Assembly: GCA_026391255.1 (NCBI GenBank)
Contig: JAPLDU010000055.1
Coordinates: 925 to 64,924 of the forward strand
Direction: 5' to 3'
DNA length: 64,000 nt
Origin: Bacteroidia bacterium
GTDB lineage: Bacteria > Bacteroidota > Bacteroidia > Bacteroidales > JAPLDU01
A program made the translations under genes and the position numbers. Every line of letters begins with the position of its first letter. Positions within the stretch are counted from its first letter, which is position 1. Below are positions 34,036 to 42,492 of the stretch, piece by piece. Under the pieces are notes generated by a model that ran no database searches, was not told where the DNA came from, and worked only from the letters and a program-made list of their open reading frames with translations.

Positions 34036-37000
34036 CTAAAGACCTTTGGTTGTATACATCTTATAAAGATTGTTGAACTTAGCTTCCAGGTCTTTCTGCA
34101 ACTCAGGCTGGTTATGACGTTTGATCATTTTTACCAATTCATTCATTAAGGCAAGTTGTCTTTCCATATCTTCCTGAATCCAGCTTATTCTTTCTTTGTC
34201 GAGGCTGAAATAATAGAGCAATTCTTTATTTGCATTATCAGCCAGTATTTTGACGATGTCATTTGCCTTGTTACTTTCACTCAGATTATAGTAAACTTCA
34301 GCTATCTGGGCATTGAAGTAATTATAAGGAATCAGGTTATTGGGCATTAATTGCTGGCAGCGGTCGCACACTTCTTTTGACTTGTCTTTTTTGTTTTCAA
34401 TATACAATTGGGTTGCCAGGCGTGCCAGGTTACTCTTGAAGTTCATCAGCATCCTCTGAATATTTTCATCAAGATAAACATGAGGATTATCAATTCCCCC
34501 CCATCTGAATTTATGCATCATATTATCGTACATCTTTTCGGTTTCCATACGGCCGATATGTCCTGCCTGGGATTTCGTTTTGATGGGCACCAAACGGTAC
34601 GCAAGGCCCTCAATCTGAAAATAATCTTCTAATTTAAGGTAATTACTGCTGCCAACAGTAATGGCAAAATAAACAGGACGGTTCCAGTCGTTGTTTGCCA
34701 GTAAGTCGAGGATCATCAGGTCGTTTTTCATGATATAATTCTTCCCTATCCTCCATTTAATGGAATCAACGATTAACTTTTCGTCTTTTTTACTCAGCAC
34801 TCCTTTCCTGATTATTTCGGCCGAATCAACCGGAATGCAGAAATTCTTGGAAGGTATATAATTGATAGCATCATCTTCAGATACCTGGCGCAAAGCTTTC
34901 GGGTTATCACTGGTCACAAATTTCATGGCAGATTTCAGGTTGAGATAACCTTTTGATTTGTCATACAATGGAACGTAATCTCTTTTCCCCTCGACATACT
35001 GGTCGCTGGTCATACCGAAGGGGACAGGATCTGAATCATATGCCTTGCGTTTCATCTGATCTATGTACCAGTCAGTTGCCAGGTAGCTGAGATTACAAAC
35101 CCTGATATCGGTTCGGATTCCTTCAACTTCCTGGGCATACCATAATGGGAAGGTATCGTTATCGCCGTTTGTAAACAGGACGGAATTGGGAGCACAGGAG
35201 TTCAGGTAATCGTAAGCAAAATCACGGCAGGTAAAACGTCCGGACCTGTCATGATCGTTCCAGTTTTCTTTTGCCATTATACGTGGTACCAGCAACAGGC
35301 AGATCAATGTGACAGCCACTGCCGAAATAAGTTCAGGTATATGTTTTTTGAGAAATTCATAAATGGCAAGTACTCCGAGACCAATCCAGATTGCAAAAGC
35401 ATAAAAAGAACCAACATAAGAATAATCCCGTTCACGGGGTTGCAGGGGATACTGATTCAGATACAATACAATAGCGATACCAGTAAAGAAAAACAACAGC
35501 ACGATCACTGTGAAGTTTCTTTTATCTCTCAGGTAATGATAAACGAGCCCTATAATTCCAAGAAGCAGGGGCAGCATATAATAAACATTATGTCCCTTGT
35601 TTTTGGTAATAAAATCAGGCAGGTTGTCCTGAGGGCCGAGCCTTGCCTGGTCAATAAATCTGATGCCTGATATCCAGTTTCCTTTGGTACACTCGCCACT
35701 TCCCTGTAAGTCGTTTTGCCGCCCGGCAAAGTTCCACATGAAATATCTTAAATACATAAATCCTATCTGGTACTTGAAAAAGAATTTCAGGTTCTCCCCG
35801 AATGTCGGGCAATATATGGTTTCCTCCTCGCCATTACGGTTGGTTGCTTTTACGGGCCTGCCAACAATATTTGCCCACTTTTTGTATTCAGTTATATGAT
35901 CTTCCTGGTCGCTGTACATACGTGGGAAGAATGTACAGAACCTTGAGTCATAATTATATGTTTGTTTATAATTGGATATCACATAGATTCCGTCTTTTTT
36001 GATATATTTTGGCGAACCTTTTGAAACCGGATTTTCGGCATCATATACAGCGTTGTAATACTGTCCGTATAAAAGTGGTCTGTCGCCATACTGTTCCCTG
36101 CTGAGGTAATAGAGGAGGTGGAAAACATTATCCGGGTTGTTCTGGGCCATGGGTGGTTTGGAAACTGACCGGATCACCACAATGGCATAAGAGGAATAGC
36201 CGATCAGGATGGCGGTAACAGCAAGAAGTGTTGTATTAAGTATGACTTTACCTCTTTTATAAGTATAATATAAACTCCAGATGATCAATCCGAGTAAAAT
36301 GACAATGTAAAACAATACACCGGAATTATATGGCAGTCCGAATCCGTTGACAAATAACAGTTCAAACCATGATGCGGCAATAATAACCCCATGTATGATT
36401 CCATACATGACGGCAGCCAGAATAATAACAGCAATAATGGAAGTATAAAAGATTCCTTTTTTTGAAACCTTGAATTTTCTGAAATAGAAGACAAATACCA
36501 TAGCCGGTATAGCAAGCAGGTTGAGCAAATGGACACCGATTGAAAGACCAACAAGAAAAGCAATAAGTATGATCCATCGGGTAGCATGTTTATCATCCGC
36601 TTCTTCTTCCCATTTTAAAATAGCCCAGAATACCAATGCAGTAAAGAGAGAAGAACTGGCAAACACGATTGCTTCGACCGCCGAAAACCAGAAACTATCA
36701 GAAAAGGTAAATGCAAGGGCTCCGACCAGTCCGCTTCCTATAACAGCAGCAATTTTACCGGGAGTATATTCCTCGTTTTTTATCACTAATTTCTTAGCCA
36801 TGTGAGTGATGCTCCAGAAAAGAAATAATATGGTAAATCCGCTGGCAGTAGCTGACAAGATATTTATCATTGTAGCCACATGCTGGGGGTTTGCAGCAAA
36901 CAGGGTAAAAAACCTGGCCATCAGCATGAAAAATGGAGCTCCGGGAGGATGACCAACCTCAAGCCTGTATGCAGCAGTGATGAACTCACCACAATCCCAG

Positions 37001-37098
37001 AAACTGGCAGTTGGCTCAATAGTCAGGATATACACCATAGAGGCAATAATAAATACTATCCAGCCTGTAATGTTATTAATCAATCTGTACTGTTTCAT
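34036..37098 (-). CDS. DUF2723 domain-containing large membrane protein (GT-C-like glycosyltransferase fold)
   Basis: The N-terminus TIEPTASFWDCGEFITAAYRLEVGHPPGAPFF is characteristic of DUF2723. The protein has many TM helices and a large C-terminal soluble region. Confidence 0.8.
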   Translation of the reverse strand: MKQYRLINNITGWIVFIIASMVYILTIEPTASFWDCGEFITAAYRLEVGHPPGAPFFMLMARFFTLFAANPQHVATMINILSATASGFTILFLFWSITHMAKKLVIKNEEYTPGKIAAVIGSGLVGALAFTFSDSFWFSAVEAIVFASSSLFTALVFWAILKWEEEADDKHATRWIILIAFLVGLSIGVHLLNLLAIPAMVFVFYFRKFKVSKKGIFYTSIIAVIILAAVMYGIIHGVIIAASWFELLFVNGFGLPYNSGVLFYIVILLGLIIWSLYYTYKRGKVILNTTLLAVTAILIGYSSYAIVVIRSVSKPPMAQNNPDNVFHLLYYLSREQYGDRPLLYGQYYNAVYDAENPVSKGSPKYIKKDGIYVISNYKQTYNYDSRFCTFFPRMYSDQEDHITEYKKWANIVGRPVKATNRNGEEETIYCPTFGENLKFFFKYQIGFMYLRYFMWNFAGRQNDLQGSGECTKGNWISGIRFIDQARLGPQDNLPDFITKNKGHNVYYMLPLLLGIIGLVYHYLRDKRNFTVIVLLFFFTGIAIVLYLNQYPLQPRERDYSYVGSFYAFAIWIGLGVLAIYEFLKKHIPELISAVAVTLICLLLVPRIMAKENWNDHDRSGRFTCRDFAYDYLNSCAPNSVLFTNGDNDTFPLWYAQEVEGIRTDIRVCNLSYLATDWYIDQMKRKAYDSDPVPFGMTSDQYVEGKRDYVPLYDKSKGYLNLKSAMKFVTSDNPKALRQVSEDDAINYIPSKNFCIPVDSAEIIRKGVLSKKDEKLIVDSIKWRIGKNYIMKNDLMILDLLANNDWNRPVYFAITVGSSNYLKLEDYFQIEGLAYRLVPIKTKSQAGHIGRMETEKMYDNMMHKFRWGGIDNPHVYLDENIQRMLMNFKSNLARLATQLYIENKKDKSKEVCDRCQQLMPNNLIPYNYFNAQIAEVYYNLSESNKANDIVKILADNANKELLYYFSLDKERISWIQEDMERQLALMNELVKMIKRHNQPELQKDLEAKFNNLYKMYTTKGL

Positions 37099-37169
37099 TT
37101 TCTATGAATTTCTTGGCTTTAATGCTGACAAAGTTAATTTTTATTTAAATTTTGCAAAAAACCGGGTTT

Positions 37170-37955
37170 TCAGTAAATCCCGATCCTGTAATCCTTCATT
37201 GCTTTATCCAATCCACGGGCATCACCGCTGACATTATCAAGTAAATGCCAGAATTTTGCACTATGATTTTTATGAACTGTATGGCAAAGTTCATGAAGTA
37301 TGATATAATCCCTGAGCTGTTCCGGCAATCTCATCAGGTGCAGGGAAAAATTCAGGTTGTTCTGAGTAGAGCAACTGCCCCATCTTGTTTTTGCATTTTT
37401 TATTGAAATACCCTGAAACCTGAATCCATGCAAGGCAGCGAGTTCTTTTACCTTCGCCGGGATAAATTTTGCCGCTTCCATTCTCCAGGCCTTTTCAATA
37501 CCCGCCCTGATGATGTTTTGAACACGCGGGTCTCTTACATCCATTCCGAATGGATAAAATACCTCAATCTTTCCCGGGGAAATCCTCGCCGTCAGCTTGT
37601 CATTGCTGCTGGGGTGAATTTCAAGCCTGTGTTCGAATGTAGTGAATTCAACCGAATGATCAAAAACTGTGAGATCATTTTCTGTCCGGGACGTTTTCTC
37701 GAGGTTTTTCCTGATCCATTCTTTTTTTGACAAAACAAACTTCTCAGCCTGGGAAAACCCGGAATTTAGCGGTAATGTGACTTTTATTCCAGTAAATGGT
37801 TTGATAGATATGCTGATACGTCGTATCCCTGATTTCTTTACCATCAGTACTTTTCCTACTCCATCCAACACTATTTCTTTACTGATCTGAACGATTTTTC
37901 TTTTTGGCTTTATTTCCTGCTTGCCGAATAACCTGAGTTGCAATCCGAAAGTCAT
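37170..37955 (-). CDS. YgjP-like (DUF45/M48-like) zinc metallopeptidase
   Basis: The HExxH motif is present in ILHELCHTVHKNHSAKFW. The protein is 261 aa. Confidence 0.8.
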   Translation of the reverse strand: MTFGLQLRLFGKQEIKPKRKIVQISKEIVLDGVGKVLMVKKSGIRRISISIKPFTGIKVTLPLNSGFSQAEKFVLSKKEWIRKNLEKTSRTENDLTVFDHSVEFTTFEHRLEIHPSSNDKLTARISPGKIEVFYPFGMDVRDPRVQNIIRAGIEKAWRMEAAKFIPAKVKELAALHGFRFQGISIKNAKTRWGSCSTQNNLNFSLHLMRLPEQLRDYIILHELCHTVHKNHSAKFWHLLDNVSGDARGLDKAMKDYRIGIY

Positions 37956-37968
37956 AAATGGTAAAAAA

Positions 37969-38703
37969 TTAATATATGAGTTTTGGTTGTGACAACTCTG
38001 AATAAACGAATTTATCCTTCACTGACGGAACATTGGCGTCAGCTCCCCTTGTTGTGATCAGCCTTGATACTGTCCAGGCATCCATTTGATTTTCATCATA
38101 TGGTTTAAGCAGTGACAATGCATCTTCAATGCTGATTGTATTATCAAGCCATATTGTTTCATTTTCAGGTGTAAGTATGGCAGGCATTCTTTTTTTCCGG
38201 TTATGAATCTCAGCAAGCAGTGGGTTGGCTTCAACGGTGATAATGGTAAATGTCTTTTTGATTTCACCGGTAACATGGTTAGTCCAGGTATCTGTCAGTC
38301 CAGCCAGGCCAAACAATTGCAGGTTTTTCAGGCAAATATACCAGGGATACTTTTTCCCTTTCATTTCCTGAAATTCAAAAAATCCATCTGCAGGAACCAG
38401 GCAACGGTGATCATTCACCAGGTGTCGGAAAGAAGGTTTCTCTGTCAGAGTTTCGGTTTTAGCATTTACAGTATTGAGCCTTAGATCCCTGGCCGTTTTT
38501 TCATCTTTTACCCAAAAAGGAATCAGTCCCCATTCATAAAAATCAATGATGGCCGGTTGTGGTTGAGTGATGGCAGGAAGCAAGGGGTTTGAAAATGCAG
38601 AAGCTTGAAAAACAGGCTTATAATCAACCTTTTTATTGGCTTCCGCCCTGAACCTTTTCTCCAAAGCTTCAATTTCCTTACTGATTGATATAAAAACACA
38701 CAT
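37969..38703 (-). CDS. SOS response-associated peptidase (SRAP/YedK family, abasic-site processing)
   Basis: The N-terminus is Met-Cys. WGLIPFW, NTVNAKTETLTEKPSFR, RCLVPADGFFEF and RMPAIL are present. Confidence 0.85.
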   Translation of the reverse strand: MCVFISISKEIEALEKRFRAEANKKVDYKPVFQASAFSNPLLPAITQPQPAIIDFYEWGLIPFWVKDEKTARDLRLNTVNAKTETLTEKPSFRHLVNDHRCLVPADGFFEFQEMKGKKYPWYICLKNLQLFGLAGLTDTWTNHVTGEIKKTFTIITVEANPLLAEIHNRKKRMPAILTPENETIWLDNTISIEDALSLLKPYDENQMDAWTVSRLITTRGADANVPSVKDKFVYSELSQPKLIY

Positions 38704-38812
38704 AGCTATTTGACGGACAGCATAAAATGAAAATGTCTTCTGTATTTATCTGACTGAAGAAGGAAATTTAAAGCAATAGGAAGATATTATGAATGAAGAA
38801 TTCCGGGAAAAA

Positions 38813-39211
38813 TCAGTCGTTCATCTTAAATTTTTCTGCTGTCTCTTTACGGATCAGTCCCAGTATCAGGAGTTCAGCGCTTGCATAATTCGTAGCAAGA
38901 GGAATCACAAGGTTGTCGCATGCATCCAGCAGGCGCTGGATATCCTCATGGTATTGTTCTTTAACGATGGGATCACGGAAAAAGATAACAATATCCACCT
39001 CCTTATTTTCGATCATTCGGGTGATCTGGTTATATCCTCCCGAACGTCCGGGACTCATGTGCTTAACAGTAATACCTTTGTCTTCAATATATTCGGCCGT
39101 GCGGCCTGTGGCAACAAAACTGACTCCCTGCACCCATTCTTCACGTTCCTTTAAAAATCTTGCCAATTCAGGTTTTTTGGCATCATGAGCAATAACAACA
39201 ATATTTTTCAT
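38813..39211 (-). CDS. mgsA: methylglyoxal synthase
   Basis: IAHDAKK, ATGRTA, GGYNQI and IFFRDP follow the MGS-family pattern. The protein is 132 aa. Confidence 0.9.
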   Translation of the reverse strand: MKNIVVIAHDAKKPELARFLKEREEWVQGVSFVATGRTAEYIEDKGITVKHMSPGRSGGYNQITRMIENKEVDIVIFFRDPIVKEQYHEDIQRLLDACDNLVIPLATNYASAELLILGLIRKETAEKFKMND

Positions 39212-39336
39212 CCTTTATAAATTACTTAAATAAATCATAGTGATTGCTGCAAATTTATATCATTTCCAGGACAATAGCAAACTGATAAATCATAAGTAAT
39301 TATTCAGGTTGTTCAGGCGATGAGTTTAAATCGAGA

Positions 39337-39464
39337 GTCACAAGTCACTGGTCACGAGTGATGAGGTGATGAAGTGATGAAGTGATGAAGTGACGAAGTG
39401 ACGAAGTGACGAAGTGATGATGAGATTTGAACCTGATACCTGATACCTGATACCTGATACCTGA
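39337..39464. repeat. composite microsatellite: GTCAC words, (GTGA[TC]GAA)x8 8-mers, then (ACCTGAT)x4 7-mers
   Basis: The sequence is GTCACAAGTCACTGGTCACGAGTGATGAGGTGATGAAGTGATGAAGTGATGAAGTGACGAAGTGACGAAGTGACGAAGTGATGATGAGATTTGAACCTGATACCTGATACCTGATACCTGA. Confidence 0.9.
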
Positions 39465-39504
39465 CTTATAACTCATAAAAGCCTATCTGCCTGAGAAATT
39501 TCAA

Positions 39505-39780
39505 TTATTCATTTTCAGGCATTTTATTCTTTTTTCTGACAATGTATTTCAATTTACCACCGGCAACCTGACCGGTAAAGAAGGAAGCTACCAATATCGG
39601 ATAAGTGATGAATGCAAAGCCTATCTCGAAATAGAACCGGAAAAACACCACCAGTAAAACCGGAAGGTGAATAGCCAGGAACCAGTTTCTTGAGTATTTC
39701 CCTGACATTGCCCTCCAGTATCCGAAAGGAAGATTTGTCAGCAGTATTGAAACTGCTGCTTTAATTATATTAATTGTCAT
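39505..39780 (-). CDS. small membrane protein, unknown function
   Basis: The protein is 91 aa with 3 hydrophobic segments and a basic C-terminus. No family was recognised. Confidence 0.4.
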   Translation of the reverse strand: MTINIIKAAVSILLTNLPFGYWRAMSGKYSRNWFLAIHLPVLLVVFFRFYFEIGFAFITYPILVASFFTGQVAGGKLKYIVRKKNKMPENE

Positions 39781-40019
39781 TTAAATTCAGATGCTTAGGT
39801 AGTGTACAAATTGTAATCATTTATGTTCATTGGCATTGCTGGTAATTAAGGATAAATTTACATCTTATTTCATCAATTCGTAAATATTTATTTTTATGGC
39901 TCTTTTCTATAATATGGTTGTTAGGTAAATTCAGTTCAAAAGCAAACATATTATTTTATCATAAATATCATGTTATTAACTTATTGTAATGATTACAAGT
40001 AATTCATGTTCTTTTTGCT

Positions 40020-40390
40020 TAGACCAAAAAGAACCAAAAAGTCAAGGCAAAACGATGCTCCACCCCACAAGGCTAACGCCGGCTCGCCGTTTTGCCGGGC
40101 TCACGCGCTTTAAAGCCTGCGGCTTTATTTAGGAATAGCTTTCCATGAAAGCCTTCGTGCGTTGGCTGTCCACGAACGGCGCGGAATACAACATGCCATT
40201 TCGACAGGCTCAATGGCCGGTTACCAAAAGAAGTGGGCGTTGAGCTTGTCGAAACGTCTTGTTCGTGGTGTCCTTTTGCTTTTGGACAAACAAAAGAAGA
40301 ATAGAACTTAGCGAAGTGATCACATGAGACTCCTGTCTGACGGAGGACAAGCGACCTTGAATGTACAATCAAATCATAGATTTGAGCCAT
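40020..40390. other. GC-rich multi-hairpin island (candidate structured ncRNA or REP-like element cluster) inside an 807-bp gene-free spacer
   Basis: Hairpins read directly from the sequence are listed here. GGCAAAACG 40046-54 pairs with CGTTTTGCC 40088-96. AAAGCC-TGC-GGCTTT lies at 40112-26. GCTTTC-CAT-GAAAGC lies at 40138-52. TTCGTG 40154-59 pairs with CACGAA 40171-76. A 20-bp stem joins TTTCGACAGGCTCAATGGCC 40199-218 to GGGCGTTGAGCTTGTCGAAA 40235-54, with 2 GU pairs and 1 mismatch. Confidence 0.5.
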
Positions 40391-40527
40391 TTTTATCTAT
40401 TGTGTGTTTATGGTATATCTTGCGTTATAAAAATAAAAGCAAATGGCGCTAATGAACAGGTCGGAAAATTAATACATCTTCCCATTATTAAGTAATTTAA
40501 GTAAAAAATATTTATTTGACATGTTCA

Positions 40528-40556
40528 TTTGTATTTATGAAAATAAATTATCTTTG
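40528..40556 (+). promoter_or_regulatory. candidate Bacteroidota-type promoter for rpmE (-33 TTTG, 17-nt spacer, -7 TATCTTTG)
   Basis: TTTG lies at 40528-40531 and TATCTTTG at 40549-40556. The motif ends about 31 nt upstream of the ATG. Confidence 0.4.
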
Positions 40557-40587
40557 CAGCCCGAATTTTTATTAAATTTGATTTCTG

Positions 40588-40851
40588 ATGAAAGCAGACA
40601 TACATCCAAAAAATTACAGGTTGGTAGTGTTTAAAGACATGTCAAACGGTACGACCTTTATTTCGAGGTCAACCGTTGCAACCAGAGAAACAACGGTACT
40701 TGACGGAGTCGAATATCCGCTTTATAAACTTGAAATTTCAAATACTTCCCATCCCTTTTTTACCGGGAAGATGAAGCTTGTTGATACTGCCGGCCGGGTG
40801 GATAAATTCATGAATAAGTACCAAAAGCACATGGATAAACGCAAAAGTTAA
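40588..40851 (+). CDS. rpmE: 50S ribosomal protein L31, type B (no CxxC zinc motif)
   Basis: [10 protein letters not shown]...[11 protein letters not shown]...[10 protein letters not shown] is present. A promoter-like motif lies upstream and a terminator lies downstream. Confidence 0.93.
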   Translation: MKADIHPKNYRLVVFKDMSNGTTFISRSTVATRETTVLDGVEYPLYKLEISNTSHPFFTGKMKLVDTAGRVDKFMNKYQKHMDKRKS

Positions 40852-40877
40852 TTCTTTTTCATAGTGTTAATTTTTTT

Positions 40878-40910
40878 AAGCTCCAGAACTCGTTTTTGGA
40901 GCTTTTTTTA
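40878..40910 (+). terminator. intrinsic terminator after rpmE
   Basis: AAGCTCCA...TGGAGCTT forms a hairpin followed by a T7 tract. Confidence 0.75.
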
Positions 40911-41116
40911 TTTAGTTTTGCCTTTAATATTCAGGTTATTTAGGCTGTAGTCTGTTAGAATATCAGGTTTACATTTATTGCCAAAAACCTTCAGTCTTAA
41001 AGCCTTAAGAAACGATTTAATTTGGCTATAGGTTGTCAGACTATTATTTTTCCATTTATTGCCTAAAAGCCTACAGTCTAAAAGCCTGCAGCCTATTACT
41101 CAACAACAGAACAAAT

Positions 41117-42328
41117 ATGAAAAATTTAATTCTTTTCGATGATAACAGTTGGGCAGAATTATTACCTCTTACCTACACCCGGCCTGTCGCAGAAATCAGG
41201 ACAGGTATTCTGACCATTCGTGAGAAATGGGAAAAAATGACGGGAACAATGTGTTCCTGGTTCACACAGGACTATCTGCAAGAGAAATTCAGGTTAATAA
41301 CGGGCAGTGATAATATACTGATCAATGGATCTGTAATACCAGATGAACATTTAGTTGCTGAAGTCATGAAACTGGTTAACGGGGAAGCCCTGGTCAGGGA
41401 AGACTGTCTGATTGCAGCCGCTATGGATGAATCAATGGTTGAAGATTTTCGTAATAAAGATAATTGTGAATTTAAGAATATTACTTACCCGATTCCTTTC
41501 CTTAAACTCAATAATCTGTGGGAAATTTTCTGTCTGAACGGGGAACTGATTAAGGCCGATTTCAAAATGATCATCCATGGCAGAGTATCACAACCTGTAA
41601 GCAAAACCGTAAATGTTATCAATCCCGGGAATATCTTTATTGAAGAGGGCGCCAGGCTGGAGTTTGTGACCCTTAATGCCGAGAATGGTCCAGTTTACAT
41701 TGGAAAGAATGCAGAAATAATGGAAGGTTCGCTGATACGGGGACCCTTTGCGCTTTGTGAAAATGCTGTGGTAAAAATGGGCGCCAAAATATACGGGCCA
41801 ACCACGATCGGACCTTATTCAAAAGCAGGCGGAGAAATCAATAATTGTGTGCTGTTCAGCTATTCAAACAAGGCACACGATGGCTTTCTGGGTAATTCGG
41901 TTATCGGGGAATGGTGTAACCTTGGTGCCGACAGCAATAATTCGAACCTGAAAAACAATTATGCTGAAGTGAAGCTGTGGAGTCATTCCAAAGAGAGGTT
42001 TATGTCCACTGGCCTTCAGTTCTGCGGCTTGATCATGGGTGACCATTCCAAATGCGGCATCAATACTATGCTCAATACAGGAACAGTGGTAGGTGTGTTT
42101 GTAAACCTTTTCGGATCAGGGTTTCCCCGCAATTTTATCCCATCGTTTTCGTGGGGTGGTCCGAATTCAGGATACACAACCTATAACAAAACTGCTGCCT
42201 TTTATGTTGCCAAAACAGTGATGGAAAGACGCGATCTTATTTTCGACGAAACAGAAAAGAAGATATTAAACGCTGTATTCGATATGACGATATCTCACCG
42301 CAACATGGAACCGGCTAATCCGTTATAA
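41117..42328 (+). CDS. GlmU-like putative sugar nucleotidyltransferase with left-handed beta-helix (hexapeptide repeat) domain
   Basis: The N-terminus is MKNLILFDDNSWAELLPLTYTRPVAEIRTGILT. The C-terminus has hexapeptide-like repeats. The ATG at 41117 lies inside a TTG-initiated ORF that crosses intergenic repeats. Confidence 0.65.
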   Translation: MKNLILFDDNSWAELLPLTYTRPVAEIRTGILTIREKWEKMTGTMCSWFTQDYLQEKFRLITGSDNILINGSVIPDEHLVAEVMKLVNGEALVREDCLIAAAMDESMVEDFRNKDNCEFKNITYPIPFLKLNNLWEIFCLNGELIKADFKMIIHGRVSQPVSKTVNVINPGNIFIEEGARLEFVTLNAENGPVYIGKNAEIMEGSLIRGPFALCENAVVKMGAKIYGPTTIGPYSKAGGEINNCVLFSYSNKAHDGFLGNSVIGEWCNLGADSNNSNLKNNYAEVKLWSHSKERFMSTGLQFCGLIMGDHSKCGINTMLNTGTVVGVFVNLFGSGFPRNFIPSFSWGGPNSGYTTYNKTAAFYVAKTVMERRDLIFDETEKKILNAVFDMTISHRNMEPANPL

Positions 42329-42337
42329 CATGAACCA

Positions 42338-42473
42338 GAGTTTATAAAGTTTGTAAAGTTGAAAGTTAAAAGTCGATAGCAAATAACCAATCATTTATTT
42401 AGAATGTCCAAAATATTTCGAATTTTTTAATTATTTGTATTTAACACTTTATATCTTTTTACTTTACGAACTC
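42338..42473. repeat. same element family (copy 3)
   Basis: The left arm is GAGTTTATAAAGTTTGTAAAGTTGAAAGTTAAAAGT. The right arm is ACACTTTATATCTTTTTACTTTACGAACTC. Confidence 0.7.
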
Positions 42474-42492
42474 TGTGGATTAACCTTATACC

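Noticed and set aside
39356-39424. A possible CRISPR array, here and in the other tandem arrays (6446-6487, 7805-7834, 60246-60330).
   Set aside because: The units are only 7-9 nt and directly abutting, with no spacers. No cas genes are in the window.
40073-40390. A 105-aa minus-strand ORF in the GC-rich island.
   Set aside because: It has no start context and an odd composition. It is fully explained by hairpin-forming GC-rich DNA and was treated as non-coding.
40020-40390. RNase P RNA, tmRNA, SRP RNA or a riboswitch as the identity of the GC-rich island.
   Set aside because: The conserved cores are absent. There is no GAGGAAAGUCCGGGC/ACAGAA-type P4 strands, no tRNA-like GGUUCGA..CCACCA end and no SRP GNAR/GGAA domain IV motif. 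This was judged by eye only, and cmscan is needed.
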